Source: Octopus sinensis
Taxonomy: Eukaryota
NCBI RefSeq assembly: GCF_006345805.1
Contig: NC_043006.1
Location: forward strand, 85,064,001 to 85,128,000
DNA: 64,000 nucleotides
Direction: 5' to 3'
Under the pieces are notes generated by a model that worked only from the letters and a program-made list of their open reading frames with translations, was not told where the DNA came from and searched no databases. The position numbers and the translations under genes are program-made. The first letter of the stretch is position 1; each line of letters starts with the position of its first letter. Below are positions 38,048-49,630 of the stretch, in pieces.

Positions 38048-41000
38048 AATTAACTAATTCCTCAGTTACCCTCTTATCTTTTGCTTGTTTCAGTCATTGG
38101 ACTGCAGCCATGCTGAAGCACTGCCCTGAAGGGCTTAGTTAAACAAATTGACCCCAGGATTTAATTTTAGCCTGGTACTTATTCTGTTGGGGTTTTCTTT
38201 TTTTTTTCTTTCTTTTTTTTCTGAATTACTAATTTGCAGGGACATCAACAAATCCACATCAGTTGTCAGGCAGTGGTGGGAGATAAACACAAAGACATGC
38301 GTTCACACACACGCATGCACGATGAGCTTCTATACAGTTTCCATCTACTCCAAATTCATTCACAAAACATTGGTTGGCCTGGAGCTATAGTAAAAGATAA
38401 TTTCCCCAGGGTGCCTCACCATGGGATTGAACCCAAAACCACTCGCGTGCAAAGCGAGCTTCTTAACCACACGGCCACACCCAACAGAAGACAGAAATGT
38501 TATTCTTTTATTATTATTCTGCTGGTCTCAGTCACAGGACTGCAGCTACGTTAAGGGTCGGGAGGTGCGGTTACCGTCTTTATAGCGTTTCTTTTAGTCA
38601 ATTACATTGAACTTCATATTCTGTTTGGATATTTTAAACTAAAATAATGGTAGATTTTTTATTGAGAAGTAATGTTTATTGTTACTTTAATATGGCTGTT
38701 CCATAGAAACCGACCTTACTACCATTTTTAGCCCCAAGGAGGAGCCTCCTCCAGCTGGTTATCAATGCAATCTGTACCTTGCAAGCAGGGGAACGCACCT
38801 CTACCATCTTCTAGCAGACGACAGGACCACCAGTTTTGAGCTATGTGTGCTCTTCCTCAATGGTGGACACTTGTCCGCCAGATATAGCAGTAATTCGCTC
38901 CAGCTTCAGTTAACCATTTAGTTATTGCTGTTAATGTCCAGTTCCGGGTCAGTCCTGATTCAGCAAATCTATCCTCAAAAAACAATTCAGCTATTGCTGT
39001 CTCTCTTTTCCTTTCACTCTTTTATTTAATTTTTATAAACTTTAAACTACATTATTAACTATGTCTCTTTTCAAGAATCTAATGTGGTTTGAGGGAGACT
39101 TGGCTGCCATTTCTAGCTATTTGAGCAACTACATGGTCTTCTATTGTTACTTGATGTTAGGTCATGTGTCTAAATGTTCGTGACTGTTTAGATATGTAAT
39201 TAAAAGAGGTCAAGTGAGTTTGGAGAAAGCGTGACCTCTGCTCCTTGCATGTCTAAGTGGTCTTTTGATATTTAGGCTTATTATCATCTCTACATGCTTG
39301 CTGCTGCAGTTGTTTTTTTAGCCCCAGGCCAACCTTAATCATGTAAACCTATCTTTGAAGGAATTCCAACCATGATCATTCAGTCTTTTTCCCATATGCA
39401 GGGAAACCTAGGACCCTTTTATTTAACCCATTTGATACCAAACTGCACAAGACTGCCCATGAATATATTCTAAATTCCAGTTTAATAATGATAAATCTAT
39501 TTTACTAAATTCTTCATCACCAAAATTAATGAAAACATAGACAGTATTTTAACAGAAATTCTGTAATGAAAGCATTAATGTTTCTTCCCCATCCCATTAA
39601 GTTAGTAGAATGTGATTTTGGCTAGATTTACCAAAGATTCCATGTAGTGGGACTGAACCTGAAACCATGTGGTTGCAAAACAAGCTTCTTAACCACACAG
39701 CCATGATCAACAGGAGACAGAAATGTTATTCTTTTATTATTCATCTACTGGTTTCAGTCATTGTTCTATAACTCTGTTATGGGCTATTTCTAGCTATTCA
39801 AGCAACCATGTGGAGATTCCCTTACTGGCTCACATTTAGCTGATACCCTACTGTAGTTTGTGTGTAATGTTTAGTGTTGGTATTTTTGTTTTTTTAAATA
39901 TCAAAGTGTGACATTCATATAAAGTTTTGTAGGTCATCACCAAATGACCGAGTAGCTTCTATTATTTAGCCAACAGAGTAGGCTAAGCCCTTCATACTAA
40001 CAACCACAACAATAACAAAAAGCATGACACCCATGCTTATGGTAAATGAACCAAAAAAAAAAAAAGAGATTTTGACCTACACCCCATATGAGTCCTTTGT
40101 GGTAACCACTCAAGTGGTTACAGCTGTTTGTATCCTCTTTACTACTTAGATTTTTCTCTACTGTCATCATCTTCATGGCAGAAGGTGACAGTCCTCTTCT
40201 ACCTTTTAATAATTAGTGACAGACCCATGATCAGAATATTAACCCCTGGCCATTAGTAGAAGTTGAATCCCTCATGTGGAATTTGACTTGGGAACCCTAA
40301 AGAGCTGGAGCATACTACACGAGGTTTCATCTGATTCTTTGATAATTTTGTGTCTCTATTGATCTGGACTCACTCCTTAAAAAAAGAGAGAGAGAAAACA
40401 TGTAATGCAAAGTGACATCAGTGAGATTTGAACCCAGGATGCTCAGTGAGACAGAACAAATGCAGAAAGACGTTGTAGCCGATGCTCTAACAACTCTGGC
40501 TATTTACCATCTTTTCCTCTAGAGGAATAGCTAGCTATACAGCAGTAATATCAGTAATGATAAATAAATTACTGATATTCAAGGTAAACTCGTTTCACTT
40601 TGAATTTACGGTGAGATGGTCTTATATTTGCTCCCACCCCTGCCACAACTTCTACTACTAATAATAATAATATTATTATTATTGTTATTATTTCAAATTT
40701 TCGCCACAAGGGCAGCATGGGGGAGGTGGGGGGTGTTCATTACATTGACCCTGGTGTTCAACTGGTACTTATTTTACTGACCTCGAAAGGGTGAAACGCA
40801 AAGTTGACCTTGGTGGAATTTGAACTCAGAATGTAGCAACAGACAAAATATTGCTAAGCATTTTGCCTAGCATGTTAATGATTCTGCCAGCTGGCCACCT
40901 TAATAATAATAATAATAATAACTACACTCTGGGTGTGGTTGATGTTAGGAAAGGCATCCGGCTGTAGAAACTCTGCCAGATCAGATTGGAGTCTGGTGCA

Positions 41001-41070
41001 GCCATCTGGTTCGCTAGACCTCAGTCAAATCGTCCAACCCATGCTGGCATGGAAAGCGAATGTTAAACGA

Positions 41071-41072
<2 letters not shown>

Positions 41073-41111
<39 letters not shown>
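41073..41111. repeat. (AAT)n microsatellite after an S3 SINE (about 40930-41073)
   Basis: Direct reading. Confidence 0.9.
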
Positions 41112-41112
<1 letters not shown>

Positions 41113-41271
41113 TACTGTTAGTGCAGTATTGCTACAATGTAAGAGGAAATGAATGTCTAACAAGTAAAGACAGATTCAGAGGGTACTTAGAAATGGTGAG
41201 AGAATAAATGTGTGTTTGAGATCACAATATTTTTAACTGCCAGACATGATTCTTCCACTAAATGTGGGTTA

Positions 41272-41722
41272 TAACCCTTTTGTAACCATATTTCTGCTGG
41301 AATACACTGCCTTTTGTTTCGATTAATTTTGAAAATAATGAAGAATTTATTAAAATAATTTTGCCATTATTAAGCTGATATTTAGAACAAATTAATATGA
41401 AATGTCGATGGAAAGTTTTAATTTAGCTCAATTTAAAACAGGAAATTTGTATCAGAAAACCAAGGGGGGACTCAAGCATGTTGGTATCAAAAGGGTTAAA
41501 TCTTCTTGGCTTAACCCCTTTCTTTACCATATTTCTGCTGAAATACACTGCCTTTGTTTCAATTAATTTAGTAAAATAACTTAGTCCTTATTAAGTTAGT
41601 GTTTGAAACATAAATGAACTTTAAATGTTGACAGAAAGTTTTAATTTGAATCACTATAAAACAGGAAGTTTGCTTGGAAGAACCAGGGGCAGCCTTAGGT
41701 AGGTTGGTATTAAAAGGCTTAA
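41272..41722. mobile_element. Two adjacent piggyBac-type MITE B copies (41272-41499, 41511-41722)
   Basis: Each bounded by (T)TAACCC(T/C)TT ... AAGG(G/C)TTAA. Confidence 0.8.
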
Positions 41723-42760
41723 ATGAAAATCCTAATAGAGTGAAACAGAATTTTTTAATGAACTAACAGAAATCATTAGAGTAAAATCATCCTCATTTAA
41801 CATCCTTTTTCAGTATTTCTTCTAGGTCTTTATGTTTGGGGTTCAAATTCTGCAAGAGTCAACTTTGCCTTTCATTTTTTAAGGTTGGCAAAATAAAGTG
41901 CCAGTCAAATACTGGGTTTGATGTAATTGGTTACCCCTCCTCTCAAAATTGTTAGCTTTCTGCCTAAACTAGAAAGAGTCTATGTAATTAATACCAAAAT
42001 TCTCGAATCTTTCATATGACATTATTTATCTATCTATCTATCTTTATCTTATGAATCATTTCTTTATTTATCTATCTATCTATTTACATACCTGTATAGG
42101 GAACCTGGGAAGACATAGGACTGGGATGAGGTGGTGAAATGTGATTTTCGGATGTTGAGTCTTACAGAGGTGATGACAAGTGACCAAGTCTTCTAGCGAT
42201 TTGCTGTACTTGAGAAGAGACTTCAAGCCAAGTGAAATCATGGTCGTGGTCAGTGCCAGTGACATGTAAAAGGCACCCAGTCCACTTCTGTAAAGTGGTT
42301 GGCATTAGAAAGGGCATCCAGCCATAGAAACCAGGCCAAAACAAATGACTGAGGGCTGATGCAACTCTCTGGCTTACCAGCTTCAGTTAAACCATCCAAT
42401 GCGTGCCAGCATGGAAATGGATGTTAAATGATGATGATATAAATACATACATATATAAACTCTCTCACACACAAGTTTATGCTTACACACACACATTTAC
42501 ACTCACACACACACGTTTCCACTTACACACACACACAATGTTCATGATGACTTTATACCACAAATAAATGTATTTTTGAGAATATTCTTTGAAAAAGTTT
42601 TTCTTTGTTTCTAGTTTTCCAAAAACAGAAACAGACAACTCCAACCCGCCACCAAAACAAAAACTAATTAAAATAATATGGATAAAATGTTTCACATTTG
42701 TTTTTTGTGTTATTTTTCTCATAAATCTAATTTTTCTTAATTTTTCTTTTTCTCTTCCAG

Positions 42761-42834
42761 AACCACACAAATAGCAATCAGTGCATTTTTGGATACGTTT
42801 CAGAAAGTTGCTGACATGGCCACTGGATCTAGAG
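42761..42834 (+). CDS. MTSS1: Internal coding exon of an MTSS1/MIM (missing-in-metastasis) family gene, IMD/I-BAR domain; equivalent to vertebrate exon 3
   Basis: Branch-like CTAAT and long pyrimidine tract ending TCTCTTCCAG (42760), 74-nt exon, donor GAG|GTAATT. Phase 2 in, phase 1 out. Translation (K/R)TTQIAISAFLDTFQKVADMATGSR(G) aligns without gaps to recalled human MTSS1 RTTVVAAAAFLDAFQKVADMATNTRG. MTSS1 versus MTSS2 orthology cannot be resolved from this exon. Confidence 0.93.
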
Positions 42835-43294
42835 GTAATTGGCGTTATCTCCATTCATTCATTAACAAACAACCATTGATCTTATAGGATATTCATGCTA
42901 GGTGTTTCTTCTTTTTTTTCTTTCCCCCTTTCTTTTTTTTATGATCAGTTTGGAACAAAAGAAACTGGTAATTGGCCAAGAAAGTAAGGTGCTAATTTAA
43001 AGGATGGTGGGCCAATCATTTGTCTTTTAACACTGACTCTTAAATTGTGATCCTAGAAAAGTATAAAGATTGTGAACGGAGTGACACTGTATAATTAACA
43101 TAATTTATTTGACTGCAGCACAAGATGCAGTCTAATAAATTATGTGTATGTATGTATATATATTCATTTAAGCAGTGACATTTTCCACGGAGCCAGTTTT
43201 CTGATTCTTTGGGCACTGACTCTTAAATTGTGATCCCAGAAAAGTGCAAAAGTGTAAAGATTGTGAACAGTGACACTATGATTAACATAATTAT

Positions 43295-43515
43295 ACCATG
43301 CACTAGAAGATGAAAACACAAAGAGAAAACACAACAACACGAGGACGTGGAACAAGTATAGTATTATTGGACACTCAGGAAAGAAGGAGGGTTTAATGTT
43401 TCGAGTGGAGCTCTTTGTCAGAAACATAGGAAAAGGAAAGATCCAAAGAAGAGAAGATGGAGTAAAAAAATCGCCAACGGTACACACGCGGTCACATTTT
43501 GAATGATCGGAAGGA
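43295..43515 (-). mobile_element. Probable Penelope-like repeat fragment with decayed hammerhead-like core
   Basis: Minus strand 43421-43398: CTGACAA A GAGC tcc ACTC GAAAC. Confidence 0.45.
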
Positions 43516-43859
43516 AATATATATATACACACTCACACACACACACACATACACACATTTATATTTACATCACAAGATGCAGTCTAATAAATCGTGTGTG
43601 GGTGTGTCGCGGGCATGGCTGTGTGGTTAGGGAGCTTGCTTCCTAGCTACATGGTTTCGGGTTCAGTCCCACTGCGTGGCACTTTGGGCAGGTGTCTTCC
43701 GCTATAGGCCCGAGTCGACTGAATCTTTGTGATTGAATTCGGTAGGCGGAAGTTACTGCCGTGTGTGTATATGTGCGTGTAGGTGCTCAGTGCCTCTCCG
43801 AAAGAGAGACAGGGATATATATATATATATATATATTCATTGAAAATATAATCACCATT

Positions 43860-44097
43860 CAGTTCTATATTTAAGAGATGTGGAATTATTACATCATTTA
43901 CATTATTGATATTTGACGGATATTTGTCCTCATCTTGTTTGTTGTTAACACACCGTTTCGACTGATATACCCTCCAGCCTTCATCAGGTTCGAGATTTCC
44001 CCACGCACACCTGATGAAGGCTGGAGGGTATATCGGCCGAAACGTGTTAACAACAAACAAGATGAGGACAAATATCCATCAAATGTAAATAGTGTAA
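43860..44097. mobile_element. Palindromic Penelope-like insertion with a hammerhead-like core on each strand
   Basis: Arms 43896-43989 and 44009-44099, 19-nt loop; CTGATGA-A-GGCTG..C(G/A)G(C/T)C-GAAAC on both strands; 12-bp direct repeat ATAATCACCATT (43848-43859, 44098-44109). Confidence 0.75.
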
Positions 44098-44411
44098 ATA
44101 ATCACCATTGTTAGCAGTGACATTTCCCACCTAGGAACCTGTTGTCTGATTCTTTCAGCAAAATTTTAAATAAATAAATAAATAAAACAGGCTCTTTTGA
44201 AGAGAAAAATGTTTGGGGTTCTTAGTTCTGTTTTGACATTGTTTTTATGGGTTTTTTTGGGGGGGAGGGGCGGTTTTCTTGAATGTTTTTCTACTGGACA
44301 AGTATTCAAGCCCTGAGTATTTGAAAATCTGATGGTGCTAGGTCTGCTGAGTAGGGAGGATGAGGTAGAGCTCCCTAACTTAATGAATATATCCTTTCTT
44401 GGGTTACCTTG

Positions 44412-45300
44412 TTAAATGCTCTGCTTTATTCTCAGGGGACAGTTCATAAAGTACCTATTTCCTTGCACTTTACCAATCTGCCTGAGATTATCTTGCACAG
44501 TGGACCAAGGTTTATTAAGCCTCCAGGATAAGCCTCGGATATTTTGATGCCAATCCACTTCAGTTGCTGTTTTCACTATGTCATTATTGAGAACATTTGG
44601 TCTTGATTGATATCCATTCAAAAGATCAAAACCACTGTTTTAAGGGCATTCAGCTGTAGGCACCATGTCAAAACAGACAGGGAGCCTGGGCAACCCTTCA
44701 GCTGGCCAGCTCCTGTCAAAGCATTCAACCCATGCCAGCATGGAAAACGGACGTTAAATGATGAGGATGAATCATTGGCTGTTCTGAACACTCACACCAT
44801 CAGGATGTGCAGTACATGTTATCTCTGACAGAGCAGCTAACCAGCTTCCATGCCAGTGGCACATAAAAGGCACCATTTGAGCATGATCGTTACCAGTGTC
44901 GCCTTACTGGCACCTGTGCTGGTGGCACGTAAAAAGCACCCACTACACTCTCGGAGTGGTTGGCATTAGGAAGGGCTTCCAGCTGTAGAAACTCTGCCAG
45001 ATCAAGATTGGAGCCTGGTGCAGCCATCTGGTTCGCCAGCCCTCAGTCAAAATTGTTCAACCCATGCTAGCATGGAAAGCGGACGTTAAATGATGATGAG
45101 GATGTTGCATTTGTGCCCTTATGGAATTCATAAAGCAAGCAATGCCGAATATGCAGCTCACTAAATTCCTTGTCTTCCATGAACTATCACATGCAGCATA
45201 TACATACACACTGTGTTTGGTCTTTAACTCTAATTGATTGATTGCAAGAACCCCTTTTATTTGCTTGAAAATGCACCATTACTTTTTGGTGCCCTTAACA
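44412..45300 (-). mobile_element. 5' part of a mariner (DD34D-type) element, broken by two S3 SINEs
   Basis: TIR-like AAGGGCACCAAAAAGTAATGGTGC near 45300; ATG at 45180 gives MEDKEFSELHIRHCLLYEFHKGTNAT; 44621-44412 gives SRPNVLNNDIVKTATE...LNKPWSTVQDNLRQIGKV (mariner HTH region). Confidence 0.85.
44825..45102 (+). mobile_element. SINE S3 with internal repeated modules
   Basis: Two GTGC(C/T)(A/G)GTGGCAC-(G/A)TAAAA(A/G)GCACC modules and (GAT)n tail. Confidence 0.85.
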
Positions 45301-45321
45301 TATAGGTAATAACTAATGTTA

Positions 45322-45664
45322 TCTACAAATCTTTATAAAGCTGAAGTTGTCTGTGTGTGGCAGGTTTGGTAGCCTTCAACTAACACTGTCTCCTCCGAGA
45401 CCCTGGGACGCAAGTTGACCAAAATTGAGAGTATGATAGAAGAAGGCTTGTTCTTCCTTCCGTAGAAGAAAAAATTCAAATCAGACCATGTTAAGACCAA
45501 AAATAATTTACATCAAAAAGGTGCATTTGGCTATGAAAATCCCTATTTTTTACGATTTTTTGACTGCTGTGTCACCATTTTTCGGTGTATTTTCGGTGAA
45601 CCAGAAAAATGTTCACATTTAAAGGGTCGAAACAAACCCGAGCAACGCTGGGCGATACTGCTAG
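45322..45664 (+). mobile_element. Non-autonomous Helitron (internal deletion)
   Basis: A|TC start, hairpin CCCGAGCAACGCTGGG, CTAG|T end. Confidence 0.85.
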
Positions 45665-46173
45665 TTTTATGGTAAAACTGAAAGTTGTAAATTTCAGGAC
45701 TCCAGCTGTAACATTGAACAATGTTCTTTCATAGGTTTATTATGCATTTACAGCATTGAGCAATCGCAAAACACTATATCATACATCATAAAGCAAAGTT
45801 AGGAAAATACTAGAGAATAATGCTTGCATACTCTATAAAATTTCTCACAAAAATAGATTAATTATTTATGGAAGCTATACTCATATCACAATATGATGTT
45901 GAAATAATCATGCAAAGAACATACGCATCAAAAATTAATTTATGGATACTAACATGAAAACCTAACAGTTAAAAAACTCTATTTGATCACAACAAAACAA
46001 ATAAACACAAGACTGTTGACATGAAAGTGTAAAAAAAAAAAAACCTTTGGTGAGGAAAGTCTACAAAAATTTGACCAGTCTATAAGAAGCGATGCACATG
46101 CTACATGTATTTCATTCCTTGGAAATGATACTGTGATAGTCTGGAAACATTTTACATGGATTTAGTAACTTTA

Positions 46174-46390
46174 TTGTCCAAAGAGTGAGAGAGGGGAGTA
46201 AGATACTTGGAGTTGTGAAAGGTATGCTGAGAGATAAAAGGTTGAGTATGGAAGTGAAAAGAGGTATGTATGAAGCTGTTGATTGTGCCGAAAATGTTAT
46301 ACGGTGTAGAAATGTGGGGGCTGAGAGATGTGGAAAGGACGTAACTAGATGTGTTTGAGATGAGATGTTTGAGGGCTATGGTTGGGTATC
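46174..46390 (+). mobile_element. RTE-clade LINE fragment (region C-terminal to RT)
   Basis: VQRVREGSKILGVVKGMLRDKRLSMEVKRGMYEAV / IVPKMLYGVEMWGL...LDVFEMRCLRAMVG with a frameshift and a stop; resembles the LYGxExW and FEMRCLR motifs. Confidence 0.85.
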
Positions 46391-46391
46391 A

Positions 46392-46604
46392 TTAACCCTT
46401 TCATTACTGTACTTATTTTAAGATGTTCTGTGTTCCTTTCAATTATTTTAAATATAACAAAGAATTTAGTAAAATAACTTAGTTATCATTAAGCTAGTGT
46501 TAGGAACGTAAATTGTGACTAAGGTTTGGTGGAAAATTTTAATTCAAAACTTATGAAAACAAGACCTTTGTACTAAAGAGCCGGATTGGTATCAAAAGGG
46601 TTAA
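46392..46604. mobile_element. piggyBac-type MITE B
   Basis: TTAA|CCCTTT ... AAAGGG|TTAA. Confidence 0.85.
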
Positions 46605-47498
46605 AAGTGGTCTAGATTGAATCCTTCCACCAAAATTTCATGTTAATTTATGCTCCAAAAACCACCTTAACCCCATTCAATACTGACCTACAAGAGACCA
46701 CCTCCTATTCTAAGGTACAAAACTTCATTTTTACACTTTAGTGTTTAAACTGGCCATATCTGACCATATCTTTTACATTCAAACCATCCGGATCTGGTGT
46801 CTCACACCTACCCTACAATGTCATTCTGAAAATAGTTACCATTTATCAATGACTGATCTAGATCAAAATCTTCTATATTCAAATATTAGATATCAATGAA
46901 TTGCTGAAAGCATGCTATAACAATAGGCATTCTTTTAAAATACAACTTAAAATTATTTCTCCTTCACTTTTTTTTTATTTAAGAAACTTGTGAAATTTAT
47001 TTCTGACACATTTGGCACTTATTTAATGATAATAGGCATTTAACCTGGTTTTCCTTGCTAATTTTCTCGTTATTCTTTGGTAATCTAATTCACCAAAATC
47101 ACCACCACCACCATACAAGTTCATTGTGTATGGGACCTTAGTGAAATTCGGTTAAGTTTGAGTCACAGCAATTTCTCTCTCAAACAAGACAAAAAAAGAC
47201 CCAAGGAGACAATTCTGGTGCTGCTTGACCATTTGCCAGACATTTTTTTTTTTTTTATGTTTTAGTGGGGGGAAAGAAACAAACCAAAGTTACCAGTTAT
47301 TCTTGAACTTTAATCATTATCAGACACTCGTTTGTCATCGTTTAATGACCAAATTAATGTCTAGATTATTCCAAGGGTAATCCAATTAATGATTCACATT
47401 CACAGTTTATTTATATATTTATTTATTGTTCACTGAGAATTGCAATGTAATACCATTAATTGTGAGGTCAGCGGAGAATTGCATGGCGCCTGTTGTTA

Positions 47499-47894
47499 TC
47501 TAAATATATAAAGCTGAAGTTGTCTGTGTGCGGCAGGTTTGGTAGCCTTCTACTAACACTATCTCCTCCAAGACCCTGTGGCGTAAGTTGACCAAAATTG
47601 AGAGTATGATAGAAGAAGGCTTGCTCTTCATTCTGTAGAAGATAAAATTCAAATTGGACCATGTTAACACCAAAAATTATTTACATCAAAAAGGTGCTTT
47701 TTTTTCTATGAAAATCCCTATTTTTTACGATTTTTTGACTGCTGTGTCACCATTTTTCGGTGTATTTCAACCAGAAAAATGTTCACTTAAAGAGAATAAC
47801 AAGCTACATAATGCAAAATTTCTACTTTTCAAAAATTCCAATTCTAAAGTATAGGGTCGAAACAAACCCAAGCAACGCCGGGTGATACTGCTAG
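47499..47894 (+). mobile_element. Non-autonomous Helitron, full length (396 bp)
   Basis: Inserted between A and T with no TSD; 5' TCTAAATATATAAAGCTG; subterminal hairpin CCCAAGCAACGCCGGG; 3' CTAG. Confidence 0.9.
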
Positions 47895-48753
47895 TTTTTC
47901 TTTAATTTAATTCTATTTTTTTTTATATACATGCAGCTGAGATTTTTATTTGCAATCCAAGTTAGAGACATCATCAGGGCATCTGTCTTCAGTCTTGTCA
48001 GGACTCCATAATATAAGTACAAGTCAGCCCGCCTATGTGGTTAAGAAGTTTGCTTGTCAACCACATGGCTTCAAGTTCAGCACTATAGTGTGGCATCTTG
48101 TGCAAGTGTCTCCTACTATAGCCCCAAGCCAACCAAAGCCCTGTGAGTGGATTTAGTAGACCAAAACTCAAAGAAGCCTGTCATCTGTGCGTGCATGTGT
48201 GTGTGTGCGTGTATCCTACTCATCCCCCTCCCCTTTTTCATATTCTTTTCCTTATCAAGTTTAGACATTTACCCACTCTCATTTATTATTTCTTCATACA
48301 ACTTATGCGTACCTTTTCCTTCTTTGGACACTAAATTCTGCTTGCGAATACCTGTTGAGGAAAGTGAAATCGCAATCAAAATCAAAAATGGCGTCCGTGC
48401 TAGCGGGGTGCAAAGAGCACCATATGAGTGTGATCATTGACAGAGCGGCTAACTGGCTTCCGTGCGAGTGGCACATGAAAGGTACCATTCAAGTGTGATC
48501 ATTACCAGCGTCACCTTACTGGCACTCAAGCCCCGTGCTAGTAGGGTGTTAAGAGCACATACACATATTCTTTTATTCTTTTACTTGTTTCAGTCATTTG
48601 ACTGCGGCCATGCTGGAGCACTGCCTTTAGTCGAATCATATCATTCCCAGAACTTATTCATTGTAAGCCTAGTACTTATTATATCGGTCTCTTTTGCCGA
48701 ACCGCCAAGTTATGGGGACCTAAACACACCAGCATCAGTTGTCAAGTGATGTT

Positions 48754-48797
<44 letters not shown>

Positions 48798-49427
48798 CGA
48801 CGGGCTTCTTTCAGTTATATATATTCGTGTGTGTATGTTTGCATATATATGTTTGTGTGTCTGTTAAATGATGTTTTTTGACATTGATGCACAAAGAGTT
48901 GATTAGGCAGTTAGTGTTACAAGGCCGATTAGTTAACACATCACAAAGCTTATACGAATTAATTCTATTTAATAAGATCATTACCGATCCTTACTCTTAA
49001 CGACTTCACTGCCTGGATGGAAAATCAAAACAAAACACCAAAGAATACAAGAAGTCAATTCCAGTGAAATGGAAACCCAGAAACCATAGATGTATCAAGT
49101 GGCTCTCAGGAAAACAGTCAAACTAATAGTTTGAGCTATCCAAAAACATAGACTGATGGTGGTGGCCATGTTTTGTTTCTGCGTTAATTTTTACTAGTTT
49201 ATTGATTTGTATACAACTTTCCATTATTTAGTTGTTTTTTTATTTTAAGTTTTTTTTTTCCTTTTTATAACCTATTTATTTTATTTGAAGCATTTAAGTT
49301 GCTAATCGATAGGCAGTTTGTTTGGGTTTTATTTAATTTATTTTGCTTTTTTATTTTTATTTTTTCATAATCATTTTATCAGGATTACCAATGATTGATC
49401 TGTGTGTGTGTTGTCGTAACCATACAA

Positions 49428-49550
49428 ATATATATATATATATATATATATGTGTGCATATATCTACATATATATATATGTATATATATGTGTGTGTGTG
49501 TGTGAGTATTTATATAGATAGATATATATTTATATATATATATAGATATG

Positions 49551-49591
<41 letters not shown>

Positions 49592-49630
49592 TTATATATT
49601 TATGTAGATAGATATTAGATGTATGTGTAT
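49428..49630. repeat. Compound (TA)/(GT) microsatellite
   Basis: Direct reading. Confidence 0.95.

Noticed and set aside
38551-38718. Possible short TIRs TAAGG(G)TCGG / CCGACCTTA
   Set aside because: Too short, and single copy in the window
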